Source of the DNA: an uncultured Gemmatimonadales bacterium
Lineage (GTDB): Bacteria > Gemmatimonadota > Gemmatimonadetes > Gemmatimonadales > GWC2-71-9
Direction of reading: 5' to 3'
DNA length: 64,000 nt
NCBI GenBank assembly: GCA_963739455.1
Contig: CAVUAK010000001.1
Location: 1,760,001 to 1,824,000 of the forward strand
The position numbers were made by a program, and so were the translations under genes. Below, piece after piece: positions 1 to 11,391 of the stretch; within the stretch, counting starts at the first letter, position 1, and every line of letters begins with the position of its first letter. Below the pieces are notes generated by a model. It worked only from the letters and a program-made list of their open reading frames with translations, searched no databases and was not told where the DNA came from.

Positions 1-598
1 GTCCCTGGTCGAGCAGTCCGAGGATCTCGTTCCTCCGGCTCACCGGCTGGATGAATTCCGGGTGCGCCGCAATGTGGCTGCGAAGGAAATCCTGGTACCG
101 CGACAGGCGAAAGAACCAGTTCCGCTCCGACACCATCTCGAGCGTGCGCGTGGGGTGCAGCTCACACTTTCCGTCGATGATCTCCGCGGGCTGCTTGAAC
201 GACTCGCACCCCACGCAGTACAGGCCCGAGTAGGATCGCTCGTAGAAATCGTCGGGATGCCGAGAGAAGATCTGCTCGATGAGCTGCTGCACGCCTGCCT
301 GGTGCGCCGGTGACGTGGTGCGGATGAACTGGTTCCGGGAGATGGCGAGGCGGTCCCACGTGGCCTCGAAGCGGCCGGCGATGCGGTCCACGAACGCCTG
401 CGGGGTGACGCCGGCATCGGCAGCGGCCTGGGCCACCTTCTGGCCATGCTCGTCCATGCCGATCAGGAACCAGACGTCATCTCCCCGGAGCCGGCGATAG
501 CGGGCGATGCAGTCGGTCCCGACCTTCTCGAAGGCATGACCGAGGTGCGGGTCACCGTTGGCGTAGTCGATGGCGGTGGTGATGAAGAACGAAGTCAC
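1..598 (-). CDS. metG: Methionyl-tRNA synthetase, N-terminal part (runs off window)
   Basis: Manual translation from GTG 598: MTSFFITTAIDYANGDPHLGHAFEKVGTDCIARY...GMDEHGQK (HIGH-type motif), later NWFFRLSRYQD...HPEFIQP; GTGA overlap with upstream stop. Confidence 0.93.
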   Translation of the reverse strand, partial: MTSFFITTAIDYANGDPHLGHAFEKVGTDCIARYRRLRGDDVWFLIGMDEHGQKVAQAAADAGVTPQAFVDRIAGRFEATWDRLAISRNQFIRTTSPAHQAGVQQLIEQIFSRHPDDFYERSYSGLYCVGCESFKQPAEIIDGKCELHPTRTLEMVSERNWFFRLSRYQDFLRSHIAAHPEFIQPVSRRNEILGLLDQG

Positions 599-1803
599 TC
601 GGTGGCGGGTCCGCTCGGGTTCGTGCTCTCTCCGGTCGCACCGCCTCCACCACGGCGGCGACGACGACGGCGACGCTTCTTGGGTGAAGACGATGCCGCC
701 TCGGGCGCCGGATTCTCTGCCGGCTGGGGCTGGGGCGTCGGCTCAGGGGTAACGGCTCTCGCCGCGCGGTCGCTCCGCGGTTGCTCGGTCCGCGGCCGCT
801 CTGTCCGCGGTCGCTCCGTCCGCGGTCGCTCAGTCCGCTCCGGGCGCTCCACGCGCTTGACGGGCGCGACTACCACTGCCACTCCCCCGGCTGCTCCCTC
901 CATCTCCTCGCGCAGCTCCTCGAGCCCGATGGTGCGTGACTCGTCGGCGCCACGCAGGTATACGCGCTCCCGGAAGATGTCGACCGCGATCACTTTCTCG
1001 GTGCCACGCAGCGTTTCGACCGTCTTGCCCTCGCGGGGAAAGCGCTTCCGCGAGGTGACGTAGAACTCGTGCTCGTACTTGAGGCAGCAGAGCAGCCGAC
1101 CGCATCCGCCGGAGATCTGCGACGGGTTGAGCGACAGGCTCTGGTTCTTGGCCAGCGAGAGATTGACCGGGGAGAGCTCCGGGAGCCAGGTGGAGCAGCA
1201 GTATTCGCGGCCGCACCGACCCACCCCACCGATACGTGCCGCCTCATCCCGCACGCCGATCTGCCGCAGGTCGATACGGGTGCGGAAGGCGCTGGCGAGT
1301 TCCCGTACGAGGGCGCGAAAGTCCACCCGCTGCTCCGCGGAGAAGAACACCGTCATCTGGTGGCGATCCCACTGCCACTCGACGTCGCTGACCTTCATCT
1401 CCAGCTTGTGCTCACGCACCTTGGCCACGATGCGCTGGCGATCCTCTTCCTCGGCCTTGCGCAGTTCATTGGCCCGGCGGATCTCGTCCTGTGACGCGCG
1501 CCGCAGCACGGTGGGGAACTCGCTCGTGGTACCATCGGTGCCTGTGGCGGTCGCCGGAAGCGCTGGCCCGCATGCCTCCGCTGCGTGGTCCGTCGCCCCG
1601 CTTGCCGCGGCCGGCACGGAGCACGAACCGCCGCACTTCTTTGCGGCGACGTCGCCCACGGCGGAAATGCGCCCGAAATCCTCGCCCCGGTCCGCCGCCA
1701 CGATGACCGACTCCTTCAGGCGGAGTGGTTCGGTTTCCTCGTGGGGCCATTGGAAGAAGGCGCGGCGGGTGCCCTTGAAGCGTACTTCGACAGTCTGTGG
1801 CAT
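595..1803 (-). CDS. ricT: PSP1-domain / RicT (YaaT) family Fe-S regulatory protein with Arg-rich C-terminal tail
   Basis: RVDFRALVRELA...GRCGREYCC...LAKNQSLSLNPSQISGGCGRLLCCLKYE signature. Confidence 0.88.
   Translation of the reverse strand: MPQTVEVRFKGTRRAFFQWPHEETEPLRLKESVIVAADRGEDFGRISAVGDVAAKKCGGSCSVPAAASGATDHAAEACGPALPATATGTDGTTSEFPTVLRRASQDEIRRANELRKAEEEDRQRIVAKVREHKLEMKVSDVEWQWDRHQMTVFFSAEQRVDFRALVRELASAFRTRIDLRQIGVRDEAARIGGVGRCGREYCCSTWLPELSPVNLSLAKNQSLSLNPSQISGGCGRLLCCLKYEHEFYVTSRKRFPREGKTVETLRGTEKVIAVDIFRERVYLRGADESRTIGLEELREEMEGAAGGVAVVVAPVKRVERPERTERPRTERPRTERPRTEQPRSDRAARAVTPEPTPQPQPAENPAPEAASSSPKKRRRRRRRRGGGGATGESTNPSGPATE
769..845 (-). repeat. Imperfect 15-bp coding tandem repeat (RTERP, about 4-5 copies)
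   Basis: gctcggtccgcggcc / gctctgtccgcggtc / gctccgtccgcggtc / gctcagtccgctcc on + strand. Confidence 0.8.
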
Positions 1804-2768
1804 CAGGATTCGACGAACTCGCCCATCGCCGCGTACTTCTCGCCACGGCGACGCACCAGCCGGTCGGGCTTCACCTTCCGCAGCTCAGTGAGGTGACGCA
1901 GCAGCGCGGCGCGAAGCGCCTCACCGGCGGCGTCGGGGTCCACATGCGCGCCGCCCACCGGTTCCGGCACGACCTCGTCGATCACCTTGAGCGTGAGCAG
2001 GTCCTCGGCTGTGAGCTTGAGCGCCTCCGCGGCGCGCTCTCGCTGGCTCGCGTCCTTCCACAGGATCGCGGCGCACCCTTCCGGTGTGATCACCGAGTAC
2101 ACCGAGTTCTCCAGCATCAGGATGCGATCGGCGACACCGAGGGCGAGTGCGCCGCCCGAGCCACCCTCACCGATGACGGCGCTGATGATCGGCGTCGGGA
2201 GCACCGACATCTCCAGGATGTTGCGGGCAAGCGCTTCGGACTGCCCGCGCTCCTCCGCCTCGAGCCCCGGATAGGCACCAGGCGTGTCGATCAGCGTGAT
2301 GACCGGCGCATTGAAGCGCGCCGCCAGCTTCATGAGCCGCAGCGCCTTCCGGTAACCCTCGGGGTGGGGCATGCCGAAGTTGCGCTTGATGTTCTCCTTG
2401 GTGTCGCGGCCCTTCTGGTGGCCGATCACCATGACCGACGTGCCGCCGAGTCGCGCCCAGCCGCCCACGATGGACGGATCGTCCATGTAGAGCCGGTCGC
2501 CGTGGAGCTCGATGACGTCGGTGAAGATCGTGCTGAGGTAGTCGAGGGTGTACGGGCGTCGCGGATGGCGCGCCACCATGACGCGCTGGATCGGCGTCAG
2601 GCCGCGATAGATGTCTTCCCGCACCGCATGCAGCTTGTCCTGCAGCAGCCGGAGCTCGGTGCTGACGTCGATCTGGCGATCCTCACCCAGCCGCTCGAGC
2701 TCCTCGATCTGGCGCTCGAGCTCCTGGAGGGGCTTCTCGAAGTCCAGCGTATACGCTGACGGGGGCAT
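1803..2768 (-). CDS. accA: Acetyl-CoA carboxylase carboxyltransferase subunit alpha
   Basis: LDFEKP, ARHPRRP, RNFGMPHPEGYRKA, GEGGSGGALA motifs. Confidence 0.97.
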   Translation of the reverse strand: MPPSAYTLDFEKPLQELERQIEELERLGEDRQIDVSTELRLLQDKLHAVREDIYRGLTPIQRVMVARHPRRPYTLDYLSTIFTDVIELHGDRLYMDDPSIVGGWARLGGTSVMVIGHQKGRDTKENIKRNFGMPHPEGYRKALRLMKLAARFNAPVITLIDTPGAYPGLEAEERGQSEALARNILEMSVLPTPIISAVIGEGGSGGALALGVADRILMLENSVYSVITPEGCAAILWKDASQRERAAEALKLTAEDLLTLKVIDEVVPEPVGGAHVDPDAAGEALRAALLRHLTELRKVKPDRLVRRRGEKYAAMGEFVES

Positions 2769-2770
2769 GG

Positions 2771-5700
2771 TCAGTTGTGCCTGGCGTAGTGGATGGCATC
2801 GGAACCGAGCAGCTCACGGAGGCCGCGCACGAGATCTTCCTCGAGCGCCACCCGGAGGCTGCGCGACCGCAGTCGCACCGACTCCCCGTTGCCGTCGTTC
2901 CATTCAATATAGACCGGCGTCGGGCCGGGGTGGCTGGTGCAGAGCCGGGCCACGGCCCGGACCGCCTCGGCCGCTGGGGCGCTCGGCAGGCGCCAGCGCA
3001 GGCTCAGCGCCAGGGCCCCCGTCGCCTTGATCTCGGACAGCGGCTTCACCGACTCGACGATGAACGGGGCGCGGTCCTCCCCCGGTCGCGGTCGCTGTAC
3101 CCACCGGTGAGGAGGAGCGCGGCATCCGGGCAGGATCGACTGGTTGAGCTTCGCCCAGGCGTCGGGGAAGACGATCGCCTCGGCCGTGCCATGGAAGTCT
3201 TCCAGGACCAGGCGAGCGTACTCCTTGCCCGTCTTCTTCGAGATCTGCCGCTTGAGTGCCGTGACCACGGCACCGATCGTCACCGGGTGCTCGCTCCACT
3301 GATGCAGCGTGGCGGTGGTGCGCGCGCCGAACAGCGCCACCTCCTCGCGGTAGCGCTCCAGGGGGTGGCCGGAAATGAAGAACCCGATCACTTCCTTCTC
3401 GCGCGCCAGCCGCTCGCTCTCGGTCCAGGGTGGCACGTCCGGCAGTTCGATGGGACGATGCTCCTCGGCCGGCACGTCGCCGAACAGCGACTCCTGCCCT
3501 GCGTCGCGGTCGGCCTGCTTGAGCTGGGCCTCCTGCAGCGTGGATCTCCAGGGCCTCGAGCAGTTGCTTGCGGTGCCCGCCCAGCGAGTCGCAGGCACCG
3601 GCCGCGATGAGCGACTCCACCACCCGCTTGTTGCAGAGCCGCAGGTCGATGCGCTCCACCAGGTCGGAGAGCGTCTCGTACCGGCCTTCCTTGCCTCCCG
3701 GCGATGATCGACTCGATGGCGCCCTCGCCCACGTTGCGCACCGCGCCCAGCCCGAAGCGGATCCGCTTGTCGGCCACCACCGTGAACTTGAAGCCCGACT
3801 CGTTCACGTCGGGCGGCAGGATCTCGCAGCCGAGTTCGCGCGCCTCGTTGATGTACTGCACCACCTTGTCGGTGTTGCCGATTTCGGACGACAGCAGCGC
3901 CGCCATGAACTCCGACGGGTAGTGCGTCTTGAGCCACGCCGTCTGGTACGACAGCACCGAGTACGCCACCGAGTGCGACTTGTTGAAGCCGTACCGGCCG
4001 AAGGTCTCGATCTGGGCCGCCAGCTCGTCGGCCAGCTTCTTCGGGTGCCCCAGGGCCACCGTGCGCTCGACGAAGCGGCCGAGCTCCTTCTTGATCAGCT
4101 CCGCGTCCTTCTTGCCCACCGCCTTCCGGAGCACGTCGGCTTCGGCGAGCGTGAACCCGGCGAGGATGTTCGCAATGCGCATCACCTGTTCCTGGTAGGT
4201 GATGACGCCGTAGGTCGGCTCCAGCAGCTCCTTCAGTGACGGGTGCGGATACCTGACGCTTTCCTGGCCGAGCTTCCGCTTGATGAATACCGTGTGCATG
4301 CCGGCATCGAGCGGACCCGGGCGGAGCAGCGCGTTCGATGCGACCAGGTCGTCGAAGCGGTCGCACTTCATGGCGCGGAGTGTCTCGGTGGCGAGCGCAG
4401 ACTCGAACTGGAAGACGCCGGCGGTGCGGCCTGCGCGCAGCGTGGCGTAGACCGCCGGGTCGTCGAACGGCAGCGTATCCATGTCGATCGCCACGCCATG
4501 CCGGTCGCGGATCGCGTTCACCGCATCATGGATTACCGTGAGTGTCTTGAGGCCGAGCATGTCCATCTTGAGCATGCCGACCTTCTCCAGCGCGCCCATC
4601 TCGTACTGCGTGATGAGCGAGTCCTCGCCGTCGGTGGCCGCGCCGGCCCCCTTGGTGGGCGCCGTGCAGATCGGCACGTACTCCTGCAGCGGGCCCGGGG
4701 CGATCACGACGCCGGCAGCGTGCACCGACAGGTGGCGCGAGATCCCCTCGATCCGGGAGCTCAGCTGCATCAGTCGCTCGAGCTGCGCGTTCCCCTTCAC
4801 CAGGTCGCGCAGTTCATCGACCTTCTGCACCGCTTCCGGGATGGTCAGGCTGTAGGCGGGCCCGGAGGGGATGAGCTTGGTGAGCTTGTCGGCCTCGACC
4901 GGCGGGATGCGCAGCACGCGCGCCACGTCCTTGATCGCGGCTCGCGCCTTCATCGTCCCGAAGGTGACGATCTGGCCCACGCTCTCACGGCCATAGCGCT
5001 GGCGCACGTACTCGATCACCTCGCCCCGGCGCTCGAAGCAGAAGTCCACGTCGATGTCGGGCATCGACACGCGCTCGGGGTTGAGGAAGCGCTCGAAGAG
5101 CAGGTCGAACTTGAGCGGGCACACGTTCGTGATCTGCAGCGAGTATGCGACGATGGATCCCGCCGCCGAGCCGCGGCCCGGCCCCACCGGGATGCCGCGC
5201 TCCCGCGCCGCCCGGATGAAGTCGTGCACGATCAGGAAATAGCCGTCGTACCCGGCGGTGGCGATGACACCCAGCTCGAAATCGAGCCGCTGCTGCACCT
5301 GCTCAGGCAGCGGGCTGCCGTAACGCGCGATCGCGCCCTCGGTAGCCAGGTGCTTGAGCAGCGCGGCATCACTCGCAAACTCCCTGGGGCGGGGAAAGCC
5401 GGGCAGGAAGTAGCGCTTCTCGAAGTCGAACTCGCAGGTGTCGGCCACCACCTGGGTATTGGCCAGCGTCTCCGGGTTGTCGGGGAAGAGCTGGCGCATC
5501 TCCGCTTCCGACTTGACGTAGCTCTCGTTCCCCTCGAAGCGGAACCGCTTCGGGTCGTCCAGGTCCGCGCCGGTCCCGATGGCGAGCAGCACGTCGTGCG
5601 CCTCGGCGTCCTCGCGACGGAGGTAGTGCGCATCGTTGGTCGCCACCACGCCAATGCCCAGCTCCTTGCCCAGCTGGAGCATGCCTTCCGCCACGGTCAC

Positions 5701-6252
5701 TTCCTCGGCGATGCCATGCTTCTGGATCTCGAGCCAGAAGTTGCCCGGTCCAAACACGCGGCTGAACCACTCGGCGTTCTTCTTCGCCTCCTCGTACCGT
5801 CCCTGCCGCAGTGACAGGGCGACCTCGCCCGACAGGCAGGCGGCGAGGCAGACCACGCCCTCGCTCATCTGCTCCAGTACTTCCTTGTCGATGCGGGGAC
5901 GGCGGTAGAACCCCTCGGTGTACCCGATGGAGCTGAGCCGAATGAGGTTGCGGTAGCCGGCGCGGTTCTTCGCCAGGAGGACCAGGTGACTGTAGATCCC
6001 CGGCGCGCCCGCCGGCTTCTCGCGCGCGGTGCGAGGGCCGAAGGCGAGATACGCCTCGAAGCCGAGGATGGGGCGGACCTTCTGCTTCTTCGCTTCCTCA
6101 TAGAACGCCCACGCCGCATGCATGTTGCCGTGGTCGGTCACCGCCAGGCTGTCCATGCCGAGCTTCTTCACATGACCGACGAGGTCGGTGATGCGATTGG
6201 CGCCGTCGAGCAGCGAGTATTCGCTGTGCGTGTGGAGATGAATGAACGACAT
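2771..6252 (-). CDS. dnaE: DNA polymerase III subunit alpha (frameshifts around 3.1-3.7 kb, likely assembly errors)
   Basis: HLHTHSEYSLLDG PHP domain, GPGRGSAAGS, SMPDIDVDF, YGFNKSHS; C-terminal EKEVIGFFISGHPL and OB fold in another frame. Confidence 0.97.
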
Positions 6253-6254
6253 GG

Positions 6255-6893
6255 TCAGCGCGTGCGCTGGTCGAGCTCGCGCCACACCGCGTCGAGCGGC
6301 ACGCCGCGGGCCTGCAGCAGCACGAGGAGATGATAGAGCAGGTCGGCCGTCTCCGACGCGAGCCGCGCCGCGTCTTCACTGTTGGCGGCGACCACCACCT
6401 CGATTGCCTCCTCGCCCACCTTCTGGGACACCTTGGTGATCCCGGCGTCGAGGAGCTGTGAGGTATAGGACCCGGCCGGCCGGTCCGCAGCCCGTTGCGC
6501 CACCGTCGCGGCGAGGCGCTGCAAGAGGTGCGCGCCGTGATCCGGGCCTTCTGTGGCACCGCCCGCCTCGAGCCGGGAGATGAAGCAGGTGCGCGATCCG
6601 GTGTGACAGGCCGGGCCGGTCTGGCGCACGCGGTACAGCACCGAGTCGCCGTCGCAGTCGAGCCGAACCTCGGCCACATCCTGGGTGTGGCCGGACGACT
6701 CACCCTTCCGCCAGAGCGCCTTTCGGCTCCGGCTGAAGTAGTGGGCTTTGCCTGTGGATACGGTCAGCTGGAGGGCTTCGCGATTGGCGTACGCCACCAT
6801 CAGCAGGTCCCCGGACAGGACGTCCTGCGCCACGACCGGCACGAGGCCATCCGCGTTGAAACGGACCGCCTCGAGCCCAGATTCAGCATTCAT
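6255..6893 (-). CDS. hisIE: Bifunctional phosphoribosyl-AMP cyclohydrolase / phosphoribosyl-ATP pyrophosphatase
   Basis: SRSRKALWRKGESSG, DCDGD, ACHTG..TCF, KVGEEAIE, ADLLYHLLV. Confidence 0.96.
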   Translation of the reverse strand: MNAESGLEAVRFNADGLVPVVAQDVLSGDLLMVAYANREALQLTVSTGKAHYFSRSRKALWRKGESSGHTQDVAEVRLDCDGDSVLYRVRQTGPACHTGSRTCFISRLEAGGATEGPDHGAHLLQRLAATVAQRAADRPAGSYTSQLLDAGITKVSQKVGEEAIEVVVAANSEDAARLASETADLLYHLLVLLQARGVPLDAVWRELDQRTR

Positions 6894-6957
6894 TGGCACA
6901 AAGCTACCGGGCGACGTCTCAGTTGTCAAAGTAATTGCGTACCAATAGCTTACGCGC
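6894..6957. promoter_or_regulatory. Divergent sigma70-type promoter pair sharing one -35 region; both transcripts probably leaderless
   Basis: Minus: TTGACA(6929-6924)-17-TAGCTT(6906-6901)-7-ATG(6893). Plus: TTGTCA(6923-6928)-17-TAGCTT(6946-6951)-6-ATG(6958). Confidence 0.75.
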
Positions 6958-8060
6958 ATGGAGCCCGACCTCGCAAAGCCTCGCTGGAGGAGACCGCTGA
7001 TGATCTTTGCCGCGCTGGTGGCGCTCCTGGTCGGCGGGTTCTCCACCGCCTACCTCTCCAGCGGCGAGGTGCGGTACCTCTGGCGGGCCGGCTACGAGGA
7101 AACGCGCATCCTCCAGTCGCGTCGGCCGATCGAGCAATTGGCCCGGGACACCACGATCCCGGCCGCGCGCCGCGACCAGTTCCAGCTCGTCCTGGATGTC
7201 CGGGCGTACGCCGCCAAACTGGGTCTCGAGGCGGGCGATACCTACACCAGCTTCGCCGACGTCGGGCGTGACACACTCCTGCTCGTGCTCAGCGTCTCCC
7301 CGCGAACCTGCATCTGCCCGCACACCTGGAAGTATCCCATCGTCGGCAAGGTGCCCTACAAGGGTTTCTTCGACCTGAACCAGGCGCGGGCGACCGCCGC
7401 AGCAGTTCGAGGCGCAAGGGGTTCGACACCTACCTGCGCCCAGCCGGCGCCTTTTCTACACTCGGCTGGTTCGAGGACCCGCTGCTCTCGACGGCCCTGA
7501 CGCGCGATTCCGTGGAGCTGGCCGCGCTCGTCTTCCACGAGATTGCCCACAACTCGCTGTACGTGAAGAGCGCCACTCCGTTCAACGAGAGCTTCGCCCA
7601 GCTCGTCGGGTATCGCGCGGCCGAGCAGTTCTTCCGGGAGCGCGGTGACAGCGCCAAGGCGGCGTCGGCGGCCAACCGGTGGCTCGATGAGATCGTGCTG
7701 GGGAATTTCTACACCGAGCTGCTGGCGCGCCTCGACACCTTCTACGCCAGCAAGCCGGACTCGGCGACGCTCGACTCCGGGCGGGTGGCGATCGGCGCCT
7801 GGTCGCGCGAACAGCTCGAGGGCCCGGTGACGGCCCAGTTGCGCACCTTCCAGATCGGCGAAGCTGCCCGCGCGACCGGTGAACAATGCGCGCCTCGTTG
7901 GCGCGCTCATCTATCGCACGAAGCTGCAGCTGTTCGAGGACTGGTACCAGAAGCACGGTGCCAACATCGCCGAGAGCGTGAAGGCCATGCGCGAACTGCA
8001 GGCGGGTGCGGAAGGAAAGGAAGCCTACGAACGCCTGGAGAAAGCGCTCGACGCCAGTAG
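6958..8060 (+). CDS. Putative zinc aminopeptidase (HExxH), frameshifted; 3' end approximate
   Basis: N-terminal TM, WKYPIVGKVPYKGFF, FHEIAHNSLYVKSATPFNESFA, NNARL pieces across three frames. Confidence 0.8.
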
Positions 8061-8061
8061 C

Positions 8062-8088
8062 CTTCACGTCCTCACGCCCTCACGCCCT
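8062..8088. repeat. Octamer tandem repeat TCACG(T/C)CC x3 at a convergent gene junction
   Basis: ttcacgtcc tcacgccc tcacgccc; related arrays at 14726-14750 and 33395-33420. Confidence 0.6.
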
Positions 8089-8623
8089 GAAGCCTTGCGC
8101 TGCACGCTCGATCTGTCGGACATGCCGATCCGAATGATGCGCCAGCATCAGCAGCCACTGGTAACCGTCCAGCGGTCCATATGCCGGATGCGGAAAGGTG
8201 TGCAGCCGCAGCGGGTCCTCGGTGTCGCGCACGTAGTCCATGGTGCGCGCGCGCCGCTCCAGGAAGGTGGCCGCGGCAGCCCGCCCGTCGGGAAAGGTGT
8301 GCCTCGGCTTGATCGGCTCCGCGGCATTGCCCTTCCACGCGTCGTCCTTCATGCTGTCGATGATCTCGGCGTCCTGCTCACGCACCTGCGCCTCGTCGCG
8401 CTCGCTGCCGGGCTCGCTCAAGCGCCTTCCGGGCCAGCCGCGGCATCACTTCCTCGCTCAGGGCGAGGTGCTCCGCCACGTCGGCCGAGCTCCACTTGTC
8501 CGGTGCCGGGCGATGATTCCACTGGGCGTCCGTGAGGCCCTGCGTCGCGGCGCGAAACCGGGCGGCGCTGGCGGTCAGGATGTCGAGAAGTGCAGCGCGA
8601 TCTGCGGCTGAAATGGATGGCAT
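8080..8623 (-). CDS. DinB family protein (frameshift near 8420)
   Basis: QWNHRPAPDKWSSADVAEHLALSE ... HPAYGPLDGYQWLLMLAHHSDRHVRQI. Confidence 0.85.
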
Positions 8624-8701
8624 GGAGGGAACTTAGCACGGCGGATATTGCGCCCCTATATTCCACCTCCCTGGTTCACCAACCTCTGCCCGGTCGTCTC
8701 C

Positions 8702-10118
8702 ATGGATTCCTCGTTCGTCGCGCGTGAGCAGGATCGCATGCTCCGCGAGCTCACCGATTTCCTGCGCATCCCGAGCGTCAGCACCTATCCCGATCGGGCC
8801 GGCGACTGTCGGCGGGCCGCCGAGTGGCTCTGTACGCAGCTGCATGCCCTCGGGTGCAGCAAGGTGGAGCTGCTCGAGGGAGCCGGCCATCCGGTGGTAT
8901 GGGCCGAGAGTCCGCATGTGGAAGGGCGCCCGACGCTCCTGATCTACGGGCACTACGACGTGCAGCCGCCGGAGCCGCTCGACGAGTGGGTGACGCCGGC
9001 GTTCGAGCCCACGGTGCGCGACGGCAAGCTCTACGCGCGCGGCGCCTGCGACGACAAGGGACAGGTCTTCTGCCTGCTCAAGGCCTACGAAGCGGTGCGC
9101 GACGCAGAACGGCAACCCGCCGCTGAACGTGCACTTCATCTTCGAGGGCGAGGAGGAGTGCGGTGGCAGCGTCATCTCCGACCTCCTGCACGCGCGTCCC
9201 GAGCTCACCCAGGCCGACGCGGTGCTGGTGTGCGACATGTCGTACTACGCGGCCGGCTGGCCCGCCGTCTACACGGCGCTCCGCGGACTCTGCTACGCCG
9301 AGATTTCGGTCCGCACGCTGCAGCGCGACCTGCACTCGGGCACCTACGGTGGTGTCGCACCGAATGCGCTCGAGACGCTGGTGCGGATCCTGTCGGGCCT
9401 CAAGGACGCCGATGGCGAGATCCAGATTCCCAAGCTGTACAAGGCGGTGAAGGCACCCGGGAAGGCCGAGCTCAAGGGCTGGAAGAAGCTGCCATTCGAC
9501 AAGGACGAGTATCTCGAGCACGAAGTCACCGGCAAGGCGCTGACCGGGCTCCAGGACTACTCGGTGGCGGAACGGACCTGGGCCCTCCCGACCCTCGAGA
9601 TCCACGGCATCCGCGGTGGCTTCGTGGGTGACGGTGCCAAGACGGTGATTCCCGCGCACGCGGTGGCGAAGGTGAGCCTCCGTCTCGTGCCCGGTCTCGA
9701 GCGCGACAAGGTGGCCAAGTGGCTGCAGAAGGCGGTCGCGAAGCTCGCGCCCAAGTGGGCGGATGTGGAAGTCACCATGCTCCATGGCGGCGACCCGGTC
9801 GAGGTCGATACCAGCCACCCGGCGTTCGCCGTGCTCGACGAAGCCTTCGAGGAAGTGACGGGGCGGCGCGCGGTGCATGTCAGGGCAGGGGGCTCGATTC
9901 CGATCGTGCCCGAGCTCGGACTGGCCGGCGCGCCCGTCATCCTCACCGGCATCGGCCTGCCCGACGACGGCCTGCACTCACCCAACGAGAAACTGGACCT
10001 GGATCAGCTCTGGAGCGGCATCCAGATCTTCGGGCGGTTCCTGGAGCTGTTTGCGGAGAAGGGTGGGGCAGTGGCGGAGGAGAGCGAGGAGCTGCAGGAG
10101 GCGGACGCCGCGAGCTAG
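8702..10118 (+). CDS. M20 family dipeptidase/amidohydrolase (frameshift near 9120)
   Basis: IYGHYDVQP, ARGACDDKGQ, EGEEECG, DLHSG.YGG, GGSIP, HSPNEK. Confidence 0.92.
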
Positions 10119-10666
10119 GCGTCCGCCAGGGGTTCCTTCCGGGGCTGGCCCTGGAACTGTGACTCGGTGCGCGCGTGCAGCTCGTCCACGCCAATCAGGG
10201 CGCGCACCGACGCGATGATCCCCGCCACCACATCATCGGCCCAGTAGGGATCGGGTCGCTCGCCTGCCGGCAGCGCCCGGGCGCAACCTTCCAGGTACTG
10301 AATCGCGGTCGTCACCCAGTCGGCCTGTGCATTGGCGACGATGGCCCACGAGCCGGTGGCCCGCAACTCGAGCTCCTCGAGGCCCTTGAGGTTGGCCTCG
10401 ATGCCGGTCGTGACCGGCGCGGAGCGCAGCCGGCTGGCCACCAGGTTGAGCACCGCCTTCCGCTCCGACTCCTGCGGCTCGGGCAGTGGTGCCAGGTAGT
10501 GACGCTGGTCGGCCACCATTTCAGCCAGCCGGACGCACACCGCACGGATGGCGGGTTCCAGGGCCTTGGGGGCCTCACGGGACCAGCTCTGCGCCGCCCG
10601 CAGGATGGCGGCGACCTGTTGCTCCGCCAGTTGCTCCGGCGACGGACGATCGGACGAGGTCATCAT
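10115..10666 (-). CDS. Hypothetical helical protein
   Basis: ORF of about 183 aa (MMTSSDRPSPEQLAEQ...) with genome-like composition; no motif recognised. Confidence 0.6.
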   Translation of the reverse strand: MMTSSDRPSPEQLAEQQVAAILRAAQSWSREAPKALEPAIRAVCVRLAEMVADQRHYLAPLPEPQESERKAVLNLVASRLRSAPVTTGIEANLKGLEELELRATGSWAIVANAQADWVTTAIQYLEGCARALPAGERPDPYWADDVVAGIIASVRALIGVDELHARTESQFQGQPRKEPLADA

Positions 10667-10705
10667 CAGGCGGGGAAAAATAGCAGGTGAGGCCGGAAGG
10701 CAAAC

Positions 10706-10729
10706 GGGGGCGCCGAATCTGGCGCCCCC
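10706..10729 (-). terminator. Probable intrinsic terminator after the lip/pdh operon
   Basis: GGGGGCGCC-gaatct-GGCGCCCCC hairpin followed by GTTTG on minus strand. Confidence 0.55.
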
Positions 10730-10760
10730 TCTTGACGTAGCGGCCCGACCCATGTGACGC

Positions 10761-11391
10761 CTAGCGCCTCGGACCCCGGCGCATCCGCGCATGATCCGGG
10801 CGCCCGAAGCGCTCTTCCCGCCACGGATCGCCGTGCATGTGGTAGCCGTTGTCCTCCCAGAAGCCGGGCTCGTCGCCGTCGAGCAACTCGAAACCGGTGA
10901 CCCACTTGGCGCTCTTCCAGAGATACAGGTGCGGCACCAGCAGTCGCACCGGACCGCCGTGTTCCGGCGTCAGGTCCTCGCCGTCATGCCGCGTCGCCAG
11001 CAGGTTCGCCTCGCGGTCGAGATCGTCCAGCGGCAGGTTCGTGGTGTACCCGGGGTCTGCATGCACCAGCACATGGCTCGCCTCGGGCCTCGGCTGCGCA
11101 ATCTTGAGGAGCGACTTCACCGGAACTCCGGCGAAGAGGTTGTCGTAGCGGCTCCAGCGCGTCACGCAGTGCATGTCGCACAGCGTCTCCTGCTGGCCCA
11201 GCTGCACGAACTCGGCCCAGGTGAGCACGTACGGGATTCTCCACGGCGCCGTTCACCTCGAACCGCCATGCCGCCTTGTCGATCATCGGCACGTGGCTGT
11301 AGTGCAGCACCGGCCACTTCTGCGTCACGATCTGGCCCGGCGGCAGCCGGGTGGCGGCAGGAGTGCGCGCGTCGATGCGGGGCGTGGTCAT
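10761..11391 (-). CDS. Sulfite-oxidase-like molybdopterin oxidoreductase (YuiH-like), frameshift near 11230
   Basis: RLPPGQ..TQKWPVLH, DMHCVTRWS, EHGGPVRLLVPHLYLWKSAKW, GFWEDNGYHMHGDPWREER. Confidence 0.9.

Noticed and set aside
2771..6252. Split, intein-containing or programmed-frameshift dnaE
   Set aside because: Total length (about 1160 codons) is normal, no intein motifs were seen, and the breaks match the window-wide indel pattern
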